Below the pieces are notes generated by a model. That model searched no databases, was not told the DNA's origin, and worked only from the letters and a program-made list of their open reading frames with translations. A stretch of DNA of 64,000 bases from Lama glama (taxonomy: Eukaryota). The position numbers and the translations under genes were made by a program. This document shows, piece by piece, positions 1 through 12,742 of this stretch. Location of the stretch: positions 42,906,001 through 42,970,000 of the forward strand of contig CM052816.1 in assembly GCA_028534125.1 (NCBI GenBank), in the 5' to 3' direction. Positions within the stretch are counted from its first letter, which is position 1; each line of letters opens with the position of its first letter.

Positions 1-499
1 ATGGATTAAAGACATTTTCATAAAAGGGACATTTCAGGGAAAAATAAGGCCTTGTCCTAAAGTCACTGCTTCATACTAAAGGGGAAGTAAGTACGTGATC
101 AGAAAGCAAGGTGAGGGGATGGGGGCTTTTGATATTCCCTCCTCCCTCAGACATCAAACAAACAGCAAAGTGTGGATCAAGTTCCTCTGGGAAAAATCCA
201 GAAACTAGTTTAGACACTCCTACACATTGGGCAACAAAGAAAACACTCACATCAAAATGGGTAGAAAAATCTGAGAAGCACACATGCCGTAAACCCCATT
301 CCTGGTACCTCACCTTATGATTGGGAGGGAACCCCCAAATCCCAGATTCTCCCTAAGGAGCAAAGGGTGTGGACCACACATCTAGCTGCCCTTTGAGAGA
401 CTGTCTCCCAAATCATCTAGCTCTGAGAGCTGACGGGTCATGTGTGAGTCACTCACCACAGAAAACAAAGAGGGGGTTTTGAATGGTCACGTGATTAAC

Positions 500-1480
500 A
501 AATGGGCAAAAAACCTAAATAAACATTTGTCCAAAGATGACATATAAACAGCCAACAGGTACATGAAAATGTGCTCTAAGTTACTAACCATCAGGGAAAT
601 GGAAATCAAAACCATGAGATATCACCTCATACCTGTTAAGATGAGTATTATCAACAACAACAAAAAAGATAAGTATTGGTGAGGATGTGGAGAAAAGGGA
701 ACCCTTCTACATTGTTAACAGGAATGTAAATTGGTACAGCCATTATAGAAAATAGTATGAAGCTTCTTTAAAAAATTAAAAATAGAACTGTCATATCATC
801 CAGAAATCTCTTTTCTGGATATGTATCTGAAGGAAATGAAATGAATACTTGGAAGAAATATGTACTCCCATGTTCATTGCAGCAATATTCACAATAACCA
901 AGATATGGAAATAATCTAAGTGTCTTTGATGGATGAAAGGGTAAAGAAATTGTGATACACACACATGCACACACACACTCTGTCTCTTGGAAATGTTCAG
1001 CCTCAAAAAGGAGACGTTGCCATTTATGACAACATGTATAAACCTGGAGGACATTATGGTAAGTGAAATAAGCTAGACACAGGAAAAAAAAACCACATGA
1101 GCCCATTTATATGTGGAATCTAAAAGAGTTGAATACATAAAAGGAGAGAGTAGAACAATGGTTATCAAGAGTGAGAAGGTGGGGGAGATGGAGAGATACT
1201 GGTCAAAGTGTACAGAGTGTCAGTTATGTGGGCTATGTAAGTCTAGAGACCTGATGCACGGTGTGATGACTGCAGTGAGTGATGCTGCGCTGAAAAATGA
1301 AAATATGCTAAGAGAGCAGATTTCACGTGCTCTCATCACACACAAAAAGGTAACTATGTGAGGAGATGTGTTAATTAGCTTGACTATAGTAAGCATTTTA
1401 GTATGTATATGTATATCAAATCATCAGATTGCATACCTTAAATATATTCAAAAATTTTAAAAAGGAGACAAAAAAAGAGT
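500..1480 (+). mobile_element. LINE-1 3' portion (ORF2 end plus 3'UTR, old L1M-type)
   Basis: Typical L1 phrases (aatgggcaaa, gagatatcacctcatacctgttaagatg, atgttcattgcagcaatattcacaata), ending in an A-rich tail near 1460. Confidence 0.85.
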
Positions 1481-1959
1481 AGAAACAGACAGAAGCAGGG
1501 AAGAAAGAGTTGTACATCTTTTCCTAGATATGATTCCATTCATCTCTTGGCTTCATTTAAATCTGTTTGTGATTTTGTCTCCTTTGGAAGACAGAATTTA
1601 CAAGCATAAAATAATAGATTCATAAGTGGTTTGCAGAAAAGTAAATGGTTGAAGTGTCATAAGCACGCTACCAAATTAAACCAAATTCCAAGTTTCATTC
1701 AAAAGAGATTTTTGGTGTCTGTCTTTCTAAAATCATGGCACAGCTGAGTAGGGTGGTGGGTTTGCTGGTGTTTTATTATCTTGCTTCATAACATAACCAA
1801 ATATTGTAAAAATTCTTTTCTAGATATCAAATCTTATATAATGTATATAATTTTATGTACTTTAGAAGTATAAAATATGTTTATACTTAATATAAATAAT
1901 TATACATATGAGCATGTATGTGTGTGTGTATATATATCTGTGTGCACACACACAGATAC

Positions 1960-2660
1960 TAATCCTGTAGATTCTGTTTTCCTAATGTCTCTTACGTGCT
2001 GTAGACTTGCATGGCTAGTGCTTTAGTTTTGGCCCCTGACACTTCTCACTTCGATGACTGCAATAGGCTTCCTTTCATCTCCATGCCTTCTTTCTGTACC
2101 CCACCAATTCAGCTACTATTAGAATGTCACTAAATGTTGTCCCCTTACTTAAAATCTTCCCTGGCTATTTATAACCTTCTACAAAACGTTCAAACTTTTT
2201 ACTTTGGCCAAAGATCCCTCATCATCCAACTCTGGCCCATTTTTCTAGCTTCATCTTCCAATCTCTCATCTCTCCTAAATGCAAACCCAAAATGCCATAA
2301 ACATACTCCTCTCACAGGGAGGTCCTGAACATGTCACAGTAATTTAACCCTCAGTTCTTTTGCACATATCATTCCTCCCATGTGAAGTGTCCTTCCTACC
2401 CTTTGTTGTCTAGCCAATTGCTACAAATCTTTGAAAACTCATCTGAAGTGTCACCTCTTCCAGGAAGTCATTCTTACGCCCCAATTTTGATATTTTCCAG
2501 AGCACCCCAGGCTCTCATTAAGTGCTCACCTCGTTGCTTATATTCTCCTAGGTACACTGTGAGTAGCTATTGGAAAGAGACCATGTTGCTGGATCCCTGA
2601 ATCCTAGTGCACTGCCTGGCATATGGTAAGTACTTGATGCATTTTTTGTTGAACTGAATA
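1960..2660 (+). mobile_element. LINE-2 3' fragment
   Basis: Pyrimidine-rich body ending in an L2-type terminus (tgcctggcatatggtaagtacttgatgcattttttgttgaactgaat). Confidence 0.6.
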
Positions 2661-3340
2661 CATGGATATCCCAGGAGAAGTTTCTCTTAGGTGTTAATCA
2701 CCCAATAGTTATTTGGTCGTGAACACTTCAGAGCAGATTAACTAGATGAAAGTGGGGGTATTTTAGGAGAGAGGAAAGAGATGCTGGCAGAAGATGTTGA
2801 GATGGAAGGGCATCCATGGTCAGTCATTTACAAGTCATCTCTGAGATGTCTGTAAGAGTGGTCCTGCCATTGTCAATACCTACAGGTTTTTGCTGAACTG
2901 TATATCGTTCTTTTGATATAGAAATCTTATACAAAAGATGTTTCTCAAAATTTTATTCATTTGGCAATTAAATCCCTTTTGTTAGGCATTTATATGGAAT
3001 CTTGTATATCGTAAATGTTTCAGTCGTTAGAATTTGACACATCTGGGGATTTTGTATGTGGTTATATGGGCATGTTGGCATTTGGACAGTTGAGGGCTGT
3101 GAAGACAAGACTCTTGTCACTTGCAGATGGAACCACACTGGAAGTTCTGGAAGGTCTATAGAACACTTGGATCTCACAGGTAGCATGAGGCTTTCAAATT
3201 CCAGGATACACTTTCTCAGATACCATCTCATCATTTAGCTTAAAGACGATATCTTGTTTTCTACATTATGTGACTAATTTAGGAATGAGAATTCAGGGGC
3301 CAACAACTGATTGCTGGACATTAGTTAATACACTTCTCAC

Positions 3341-3459
3341 CTGGCAACTCTTCCTCGAAGATCTCCAACTCCTTGAAGATGTTTGGTGTTTAGGTCCTGT
3401 ACTGCAAAATTAGTTCCTGTGGCCACCTGGTCTCGAACTCTTATTTGGTCTTCTAACAT
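3341..3459 (-). CDS. FAM81B: FAM81B coding exon 5 (119 nt)
   Basis: aaaacttgcag|ATG TTA GAA GAC CAA...GTT GCC AG|gtgaga. Encodes MLEDQIRVRDQVATGTNFAVQDLNTKHLQGVGDLRGRVA(R), containing the FAM81-family GDLRGRVAR motif. Confidence 0.95.
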
Positions 3460-4607
3460 CTGCAAGTTTTGAGTTAAAATTCCCATTAAGCTCCCATCAT
3501 ATGTGATAAGAAAATATCATTTATAGCAGAAGTTATGAATTGAGTGCATTTCCTAGTTAGGCTGATGATGTATTTGAGTGAGAGGGTCCTGTGTTGGAGA
3601 GAACCAGCCCTGCTTTAGCTGAAGGGGGCAGTGATGGTGGGATTCCGGCTGGTTGTTCCCAGGTGGGAATGATGGTTCAACAGTGTTTCAACAGAAGCCA
3701 GAAATCCAGATTTAATGTTAAATTTCTCAATTTTAAAATATTGACATCTTATTCAAATTCTTTTATAAACACTATATGAGCCAAACCAAACATATTTACT
3801 CTGCTGTTATGGCTATGGCCATCATTGATGTAAAAGCTTTTCATAAAAACCCATTTCAGAACTGGTGCTAAGTTTAGGAAAAGGGAACCTTCATGTGGCA
3901 TCAGGCAAGGACATTTACAGTTTGAATCAGAACCACAGTGAAGCTAATATAACACAAGCAAATCTGAATCAAACTCTTTGACACACATGGAATGAGTGGG
4001 AAAGGCTTATTCTAGAGTTTTTAGAGCACAAGAGAGATTGATGGCTATTCAGATTTTGCCCTGAGTATCCTTAGTCATGTCTTCATTATATCTTGGTGTT
4101 CTGAAATGAAGCTGACAGTCCTATACCACCAGGTTGGTGGTCCCCAACTTTGGCACTTATCATTTATAAAAATGAAAAAATTTTGCATGTGTAAGGAAAA
4201 AATTATATCTTGCTTGATATGCAAACAAATTCCAGTATAAAGTTAAGTCATATAAAAAGTAATTTATGTTTACTGAGAAAAGTGTTGAGAATATAGGACT
4301 TTGGAAAACAGAAACAAATTTGTGATTTGGGGAAACATTAGGTTTGGTTGTTATATTTGACCAAAGCCTGAATCATGTTAAATTTATGATTATGAATTTT
4401 TGGAGAAACAGAAGGATTTTTATAGCAAATGAATTATAGAAATTTCAGAGACTATGTTCAGAATCTTGCCCACATGTAAACTGCAGATTGAGACAACTCA
4501 AGAGCAAATATAACTTTAATTGAAGATAACAAAAGTGTCAAAAACACTAGCTAGAGGTTTTGTTTTGTTCTATTTCAGTTTGCTTGTTCATTTTTGCATG
4601 CATGTAG

Positions 4608-4963
4608 GTGTTTTACTCCATTTGGGCCACTGTAACCAAATACCACAAACAGGGCAGCTTATAAACAACAGAGATTTATTTCTCACAGTTCTAGAGGCTG
4701 GAAGTCCATGATCAGGGTGCCAGCCTGGTTGGATTCCAGGAAGAGCCCTCCTCTGGGTTGCAGACTTCTTGCGGTGTCTTCACAGAGTAGGCGGGGCCAG
4801 GAAGCTCTGTGAGATCTCTTTATGAGGGCATTAATCCCATTCATGAAGACTCCACTCTCATGACCCAAGTACCTCTCCAAAGCCCCACCTCCTAATGCCA
4901 TCACATTGGGCATTAGGATTTCACATATGAATTTTGGTGGGGACACAGACATTCAGACCAGGG
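4608..4963 (-). mobile_element. MaLR solo LTR (MLT1A-like)
   Basis: aaataccacaaac...ttataaacaacagagatttatttctcacagttctagaggctggaagtcc...gacacagacattcagacc, the reverse of the MLT1 consensus. Confidence 0.85.
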
Positions 4964-4989
4964 CAGCAGATGTTGTTTTGCTTCATGTT

Positions 4990-6370
4990 GGTAAAGAATA
5001 GTGATAAAAGGGAACTTGCCCTATTAAATACTAATGCATATTATAAAACAAGAATAAGCAAATGAGTGTAGCTAAATAGCTGTGTATAACTAAATAGATC
5101 AATGTAATTTAAAGAAGATCTTGGTAAATGTAAGAAAGAAATATACTATATATGAGACTCAAATTCAGTGAGGGAGGAATTTCACAAATGGTGTTGGGAT
5201 TTCTGGTTAGTTATTCAGAAGACAATCCATTTAGATCCTTACATCATGTCATACATCAATATAGATTTTAGAAAAAGTAGATTTAAAATAGAAATAAAAA
5301 ATTAAGCCATAAAACTAACAGATAGTAGAGGAGGTTATTTCATCCCTGAAATTGCTGAAAGAAATTTCTGTTTCTAAAAGTAATGAGAGAAATCACAAAG
5401 GAAAACATTGGAACATTTAACTTTGCACAAAACTTGTAAAAAACATTGTAAATATAATTAAGGTCTAAACAACAAACTGGGAAAAACATTTGTAACAAAT
5501 GTTACTGCCAAGATTTTCAGTGATATGCTTGAGTCAATGTGTACCTGTTCGTGAGAGCTGATTGTGCATATATATCTCTTCCTATGTTTGTGTCCAGTAA
5601 GTTCAGTTCGTTTTTGATATCAATCATAGTGAGAGTATTTACACCAGAGAAATGGGCAAATACTATAAACTAGGTTTTTATCCCCCAGGAAAAAACTGAT
5701 TGCTGATTGTTAAACATTTATGAACACATCACTGGTTATGATTCTTAATAAAAAAGCTCATCAATAAAAATTAAAAGGCACTAAAACCCCAAAAGATACA
5801 TTGGCAAAGGTATTAACAGATTATTGACAGAGAAAATACAAATTATGACCACTTTTAAAAAATGAAACAAAGAGAAAGACCTCATTTCTTTCCCACCAAA
5901 TCAGCAATGATTAAAACAATAAAGCACTCTTATATAATGCTAATGGAAGTGTAAATAAGTATAAGCTTTCTGGAAATCAGTTTGGCAGTATGTACCAAGA
6001 ACTTTCAGAGTATTTGTAACCTGTTAATTCCATTTCCAAGAACATTTACTATGTAAATAATCTAAATGCAGACACATATTTATGGCAGAAAGATATTTCA
6101 GTATCAGGAGAATACTTAAGCAAATCATGGTATATGTACTATACAAAGAGCTTTTAATGACATGTAAAAGAGTTTAATGATATAATTTTATATTAAAATG
6201 TATTCTTAGTTTCCTAAAGGGAATGCCTGGAAAGACCAGAGGGAGATGCAGCTGGGTGTTTGTAGAATTTGCCATTTGGTGATGGAATTGTGAGAAATTT
6301 TTTCCTGGATTAAAAACATTTATTTTTCCCTAAATTTTTGAAATAATTGCAGTGAACAAGTATTGCTTTT
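4990..6370 (+). mobile_element. Highly decayed L1 (L1ME-like) fragments
   Basis: A-rich strand with L1 ORF2/3' remnants (aaactgggaaaaacatttgtaac, tctggaaatcagtttggcagtatgtaccaag). Confidence 0.6.
5518..5734. mobile_element. hAT non-autonomous DNA transposon (MER63-like), nested in L1
   Basis: Terminal inverted repeats cagtgatatg...cacatcactg; internal gtgagagctgattgt resembles MER63. Confidence 0.65.
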
Positions 6371-7834
6371 GAAAGTTGGGGAAAAAACCACAATAACACA
6401 ATGTTGTATGTAAAATTATCTTTTCTTGAATTAAAAATAAATTAATTAAAAAAACTCAAATTTAAATTAATTTTAAGCTGCCATCTTAAAAATGAAATAT
6501 TTTGATTTTAAGAAGGAGCAAGCAATTTAACTGCTGTAATTGTGGTTGATTAAAAGATAGGGTTTTTTTTTTTTTTTCCAATTCTTTTAAAGACCCAAAT
6601 CAAGCTTCAGCTCACACTTGGATCTATCTTGCTGGCCAATTTTCAAATGAGCTGATCTGGTTAATGAGTTTAGGTCTTTAAAAAATACTTGAATAGGATT
6701 AATTTCTCTATAAAGTGCTTATTACTTTATAGTCTTGGTTATTTACTGAAGGTAGTGTAACAGTTGCTTCTTTTAATGTTTTAACTCTATTAACTACAGG
6801 CTTTAAATATCTGCTAATTCAGTTTTCTGAGCAATTAAGCTAGTCCTTGTCATTTTCCCTATATATGCCAAACCCTTAACAGGATTGCAAGTATTTTGAG
6901 ACTTTTATAGTATTTGGAAAATGTTTTGGTTTTGTCTTTTTTCAGAGCTAATCTGAGATAATCGAGTATTACAGGAAAAGCTCTTAGCAAGGTTTCTAGA
7001 GATCTGAAACATATTTTCCTTTAATGCTAAGAGTATTTCTTTGGGGAATAATTGATATGTATTAAAATATATAAATCAATGTATATATCTGGATGGATTT
7101 TGACAAATACAATCAAATACGTAACAACCACCCAAATCAAAATGTAGCACATTCTAGAAGCATTGTGACATTTCTGAGAATTCTGTTCTCTTTTCAATTA
7201 TCAAGACATTTTGACTCCTAAATTAGGATCTTGTTTTAGTGCCAGTGCTATACTTGATTTTCTCATCATCTCAGAGGCACTGAGCCACATATCTCTTGTT
7301 ACATTCATGACAGGTTATTGTGCCTGGAAACACCTTTGACAAATTTGAGAGGTGGCATTGACTGTTTAGGCACTGAGATCAACTCAGTATGTGCTAAATA
7401 CCAACAAAGTGCCTCTTAAAAGTTCACTAAGATTTTGAAGCTTTCCACACTCCCTCAAATGCATTATGGAGTTTACAGATTGATTATAAATTAACAAAAA
7501 TCCTTAGCGTTAAATACAAAGTCATGAGGAAGTCATTGCTGGGTCAATCTCATGATGTTTGTTTGGCCTAATCCACTATTCTATCTGATAATAGGAAAGG
7601 ATATGTATTGTGTGAGGGCACTGTTGCCAGTTCTCATAATTCCATCCATTTTGGACCAGATTTTTAAATTCTCCGGAACATTTGCCTGAAAGATGCCACC
7701 CCAGATTCATCAGGCTCATTAGCACTTTAAGACCTCTGGAAGACCTGTAGTAAGAATCTGTCTATCTTGGTTTAACCCAAACATTATCTTTTTTGATCAG
7801 AAACTCCATTTTTCCTTTAACACTGAAAACATCA

Positions 7835-8330
7835 TTTGTTCATCTATTCAAGAAATATTTACAGAGTGCTGACTACCTGTTAGTTGTCAGTTAGGTGTGA
7901 GGTTTAGCAGTAAACAGAACAAAGTCGTTGCCCTCACAGAGATTATATTTTAGAAGGAGAAACACAATAGATGAATATAGACCATGGCAGTTTGTGGTAA
8001 GTGTTGTAGATAAAAATAATGGAGGGCCTAAGGGAGATTGTGACTGTTGGGGTGGGGAGAGGGGCTATTTTATGGAATGTCAAGTAAATTCTCTCTGATA
8101 CAGTGATTTCTGAGCAGGGCCCTGAAAGGGATGAAGAACACTTCAGAAAAGTGTCTGGGGGAAAATGACGCACAGCACATGCAAAGGCCCTGAGGCCAGA
8201 GCAAATTTGGGGTGTTTTAGGAAGAGCAGTGTGGCCAGAGTGAAGGAGAGAGGGGTGGGGGATGGGATAAAGAGACTTTTGGGGTCAGGGTATGATGGGC
8301 CTATGAACCAGCATTGCCATTGCCTTATGA
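7835..8330 (-). mobile_element. LINE-2 fragment
   Basis: catctattcaagaaatatttacagagtgct start; internal cagcacatgcaaaggccctgaggc is typical of reverse L2. Confidence 0.7.
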
Positions 8331-8641
8331 AAGCCTGTTTGAAATGATTACATTAACAGAATCTGAGAGATTTAGACTAAAATAAGCACCTTAGCACAGT
8401 GTCTGACATAATGTTAAAGAATTATCTTTGCTGTCACAAAGAGACACTCAACAAATGTTTTCTGAATAGAATTTCCTTCTATTTTTGGCATAAATGAGCA
8501 GTTGAAATATTGACTGTTTCCCTCTGAGGCAACAAAATTATAATTGTTTCAACTTAAACAATAGTGACTCATTTCTCTCATTGAAAAATGACATTGGTTG
8601 TTGATAATCTTTGTCAAGCAATATGGGAAATAAAGAACTAC

Positions 8642-8885
8642 CTCAATGTTCTGGCTGAGTTTTTTGACGATGCTGGTGATGGTCTGGATGTGGTTTTCCA
8701 GAAGTTTTCTGGCAAGCAACTCCTCCTTCCGAAAGCCATGGGTTCCCTGAAGACAAGCAGAGATGTCCTCCTTGATGCGGAAGGCCTGCTCAAGGAGGAA
8801 AGTGATGGTGCGCTCCTGGTTGTTGAGTCTGTCTTCCAGCTGACTTCTCTGGGTGTGTGGAATGGCAGGAAGAAAAGAACGACCC
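8642..8885 (-). CDS. FAM81B: FAM81B coding exon 4 (244 nt)
   Basis: ccttttcctgcccag|G GGT CGT TCT TTT...AAC ATT GAG|gtagtt. Encodes GRSFLPAIPHTQRSQLEDRLNNQERTITFLLEQAFRIKEDISACLQGTHGFRKEELLARKLLENHIQTITSIVKKLSQNIE, with no stops; phase 2 to 0. This frame is not in the supplied ORF track. Confidence 0.96.
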
Positions 8886-10699
8886 CTGGGCAGGAAAAGG
8901 AAACACCAGGGACGTTACAAGCATGAGCTGGAGGGACCAGAAGCAGAACCAGAACTGTCATCCTCACTTCTACGCCTGTGTTTTCTCCCCTGGGAGAAGT
9001 CTAGTAGGACTTGAAACACCTGCATGGCTAGAGTCTTGGCTTAGGTCTCATCTGAGAAGCAGGTCTGACTATGCTTTGATCTTGTATAATGTATTTTACA
9101 TGTTTCCCAAGCAGGAACTGTTCTATATTTTACCCACCATTCTGACAAGCCAAGTTGGATGCACGTTAATTTAATGCATGATAACTCTGTATTGAGAACT
9201 GGGCTGCTTTCTAACAGCTGAAAGATACAATAACTCAAAGGCAAAGATAAAAGAGTCAGAATTTCAATAAAAAGTAAAAAAAAAAAGAATTAGAAAAGGA
9301 AAACACAACAACTAGGGCTATTTAGTATCAGAACAAAGAAACATATGAAATCCTGAAGCTTCTATTGGCCTTAGCAAATTACCTCTTCCTTTTACAGGTA
9401 AACTTCTGGAAGGACAAGTTAATTTTTGTGGTGCCTTTTTCTTTACTTAATTTGCTTATTTTTCTGACCTGATCTCTGAAGTCATACCCATCACTTTTGC
9501 TTAGTCCATTCCCCGGAAGCAAGTCACCAAGTTCTGGCTACACTCCAGGGGAGGGGAATTAGGTTCCACCTCTTAAAAAATGGAGTATCAAAGAATTTGT
9601 GGTCACTTCAAAACTGCCGCAGTATCACTGTTATCTAACTGGCTTCTCCGAGACATCAAAAAGTTTTATATTTTGATTTGGTGATTGTCACATGGTTGAT
9701 TATATTTGCCAAACCCATCCAGATATATACTCTGGTTTGTATATTTTAATACATAACAATTATACCCCAATAAAATAATCTTAGCATTAAGGACAAAACA
9801 GTTTTCAGATCTCTAGCAATCTGTGCTAAGGGCATCTTTTCCTATAATTGATTATTTTAGATTAGCTCTGAAAAAAGACAAAGTCAAAGCATTTTCCATA
9901 TACTATAAAATGTCACCACCTCCATATGCCCCAGGGATGGGACAGTAACGTCTAATGTTTCTTCTTCCTGGTGGGAGAAATTATTCTGTAGGATGGGGTG
10001 TGGTTGACTGTGGTTTTCCCTGCCCGGGGCTCATCCACACCCCCCCTCTTGAGTTCACTGCAGCTGACAAGACTTCATTGGCGACCAGGGTCTGGCTGAA
10101 ATCTTCAGGGAAAGATGAACTCACAGGCCAAAGTATTAGGACATTTGAGGAACACAGTCTTCAAAAACCAACTAGCCAACAAATAAACAATCCACTGGAT
10201 TACAGATTCCCACAAAAGAGGAGTACTAAAATATATGCAACCTGAAATTTTTAAAAGGCTAATAAAGGACTTAATAGTGAAGATATAGGAAGACATTAGC
10301 AAAATGAAAACAAAACCTAGAAAACCAGAAATAAACAAGGAGAAATATTAGGCATGAAAAATATAATAGTTAAAATAAGGAAACATAAAAGATGATATAA
10401 CTATGACAGAGGACATAGTTGAAGAATGAATTAGTGATTTGGGAGAGCAGATTGAGGAAATCTACCAGGCAGTAAAAGGGGCAGTCACAACACTTGGAGA
10501 TGCCAGGGTCAGAATTCGAAACTCATGTCTGTCTGACTCCAAAATTACATGTTAACCTTTACTCCCATCATTATTATCCTATTATTCCAAGAGATAATAA
10601 GCAGAAGCAGGGGACACACTTTGATTGATGATACTGATGTGACCTCTATAGAGTGGCAGTAGAAATGACACATAGAGGTGTCTCCAGGATCCATAGCCA

Positions 10700-11320
10700 C
10701 GCTCTCCTTAGTTCTTTCTTCGTTTCTTGGCCCTGGTCACCATTATCTCCTCTAGTTTTGCCTTCTCACGAAGAGTGCATCCTCCCACCCGCAGCTAGAG
10801 TGGTCTCTCTCTTAAAGTGTAGCACTTGCCTACTTAAAACCCTCTGGTGCCTTATCCATCCTCTCTTTTCCAACCTCATCTCCTCCCACTCTTCCCTCCA
10901 TTCACTCATTCAACCACACAGGCCTTCTTTCTGTTCGTCAGACACGCCAGGCAGTTCCTAGCTCAGAGCCTTGGCAATTGCTCTTCCTTCTGCTTGAAAT
11001 GCTCTTCCCAACAGTCTCTTCTTGGCTTCCTCCTTCCCATTCTTTAGGTACCAACTCCGATATCCCCTCCTGAGATAAACCTTCTACAGAGTAACTTTCT
11101 GTCATAATACCCCATTTCATCTTCTCCATAATATCTGGCATTGCCTAAAATCATCTTATTTACTTGTTTGTGTTTATTTTCTGCCCTCCATCACTGGAAT
11201 GAAAGCTCCCTGTGGGCAGGCACGTTATCTGACTTGTTCTCTACCATGTCCTCAACACTGAGAAGAGTGCCTGACACATACTAGGTGGTCATTAAATATT
11301 TGTTGACTGACTGACTGATT
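10700..11320 (+). mobile_element. LINE-2 3' fragment
   Basis: Ends agagtgcctgacacatactaggtggtcattaaatatttgttgactgactgactga (L2a-type tail). Confidence 0.75.
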
Positions 11321-11911
11321 GCTCTGGCCAGACTGTTCCCTTAAGGCTCAGTTATTAGAAAAATGGAGGAAAAAGTGATTCCTCACAGCTAAAAGTTGCT
11401 AAAGCCTTAAGGTTTACAATTTCCTCTCTCAAATGGTATAAAATAGCTTCAGCCTGGGTGAGATTTATCTTTCCTATCACCTGTGCATCTGAGGAGCGGA
11501 GAAGGCTTAGCTAAGGGTTTCATTAGTCATATTCCAACAACCACTCATTTGGCTCAAAAATTTTCTTCTGAAAAATTACCAAATGCAACCTCCGGTGTAT
11601 AAAATCCATTCCTCTAAAATCCCAATGTGCTGACAGTGCTTCGCTGGATTGGGTGCATGAGTCACAGGCAGAAGGGAAGAGGATGTCAGGTCCTGCTGAT
11701 GGTGACATGTAGCCCAGCGGTGGACTGCAGATACTGCAGATTTGCTCATTATTTTTCTGGAGCTGGTGCTTCTTTCTGGCCTCTAGATGATGTGCAGCCT
11801 GGATTTGCCAGTGAAAGAGTGTGTGATCTCGTCTTCCATTCTACACAGACACTTATAAATCATTCTGCCTTCCTCCCAAAATTTAGAATTTGTTTTCTCT
11901 TAGGTGTTCCC

Positions 11912-12410
11912 AGTGTGGCAGACACTGTTGATTACCTTCCTAACATTCTGCTGCTACCTGATTTGGTCCATCCTCTTGTCCCCCATGTCCTTCAGGGCGA
12001 GGAGGCACAAGCTACTCATGGTGAGCCCATTTTTCTGGGCTGAGATGTAGTTGGTTTAGTAGAAGCATGTGAAATAATATTGGCTGATGAGATGCAAGGA
12101 GAAACTTACTGTGGGGCTTCTGGGTAAGCTTGCTTTGCCTTTAAGAAGAGATATCCAAGAAAAGATTTCCCTCTTTTTCCCTGGATATTGTCATGTCTGT
12201 GTGTGATGCCTAGAACTGCTGCAGCCATATTGTGTTCATGAGGGGAAAGAGGATAGCAGGGAAGAAGGAGAGAAAACACCTGGGTGCTTGATGATGTTGT
12301 TAAGCCTCCAAATTAACCAAACTAGATTTTTTGATGTGTACTAATCAATGTCCTTACATTTAAGCCATTTTGGTTGGAGTTTTTGTTATATGCAACTGAA
12401 AGCACTGTAT
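11912..12410 (+). mobile_element. MaLR LTR (old MLT1, J-like)
   Basis: Starts tgtggcagacactgttg; internal gatgcctagaactgctgcagccatattgtg; ends ttttgttatatgcaactgaaagc. Confidence 0.65.
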
Positions 12411-12539
12411 CTGTGTCTAATAACTTAACCAATAAACATATCAGTTGAAATAGAAATATATTGGTAAGTATTTACTAGATGTCTACTTTAGTCCATACAC
12501 AATATATAAAGGTTCTGTCCCTCAAAGAACTTAGTCTGA

Positions 12540-12742
12540 TTCAGGGTTTTTCTGCAGAGAAACTTGCATTAGTATCATGGGGAAGGGGAAGGGGAAGGGA
12601 GGAAAGTTGCTAAAATGCAGGTTCCTTGGCACCAAGATAGACCTACTAAATCATAATTTGGGGGGTGAGAGGAAGAACAAGAATGTGTATTTTAAATGAG
12701 CACATAGATGACTGATGTATTCTAAAGACTGACCATCACTGA
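12540..12742. mobile_element. MER5-like hAT-Charlie relic
   Basis: gctaaaatgcaggttccttggcacc...agacctactaaatcataattt...tgtattttaaatgagcac. Confidence 0.5.

Noticed and set aside
1..3340. FAM81B exon 6 (CDSSIVKL...)
   Set aside because: Not found; the region is mostly L1/L2 sequence, so the exon presumably lies left of base 1.
8588..8926. 112-aa plus-strand ORF
   Set aside because: It is the antisense shadow of FAM81B exon 4 and has no independent support.
8638..8967. 109-aa minus-strand ORF with a signal-peptide-like start
   Set aside because: It is an alternative frame over FAM81B exon 4; the homologous frame is a different one, bounded by splice sites.
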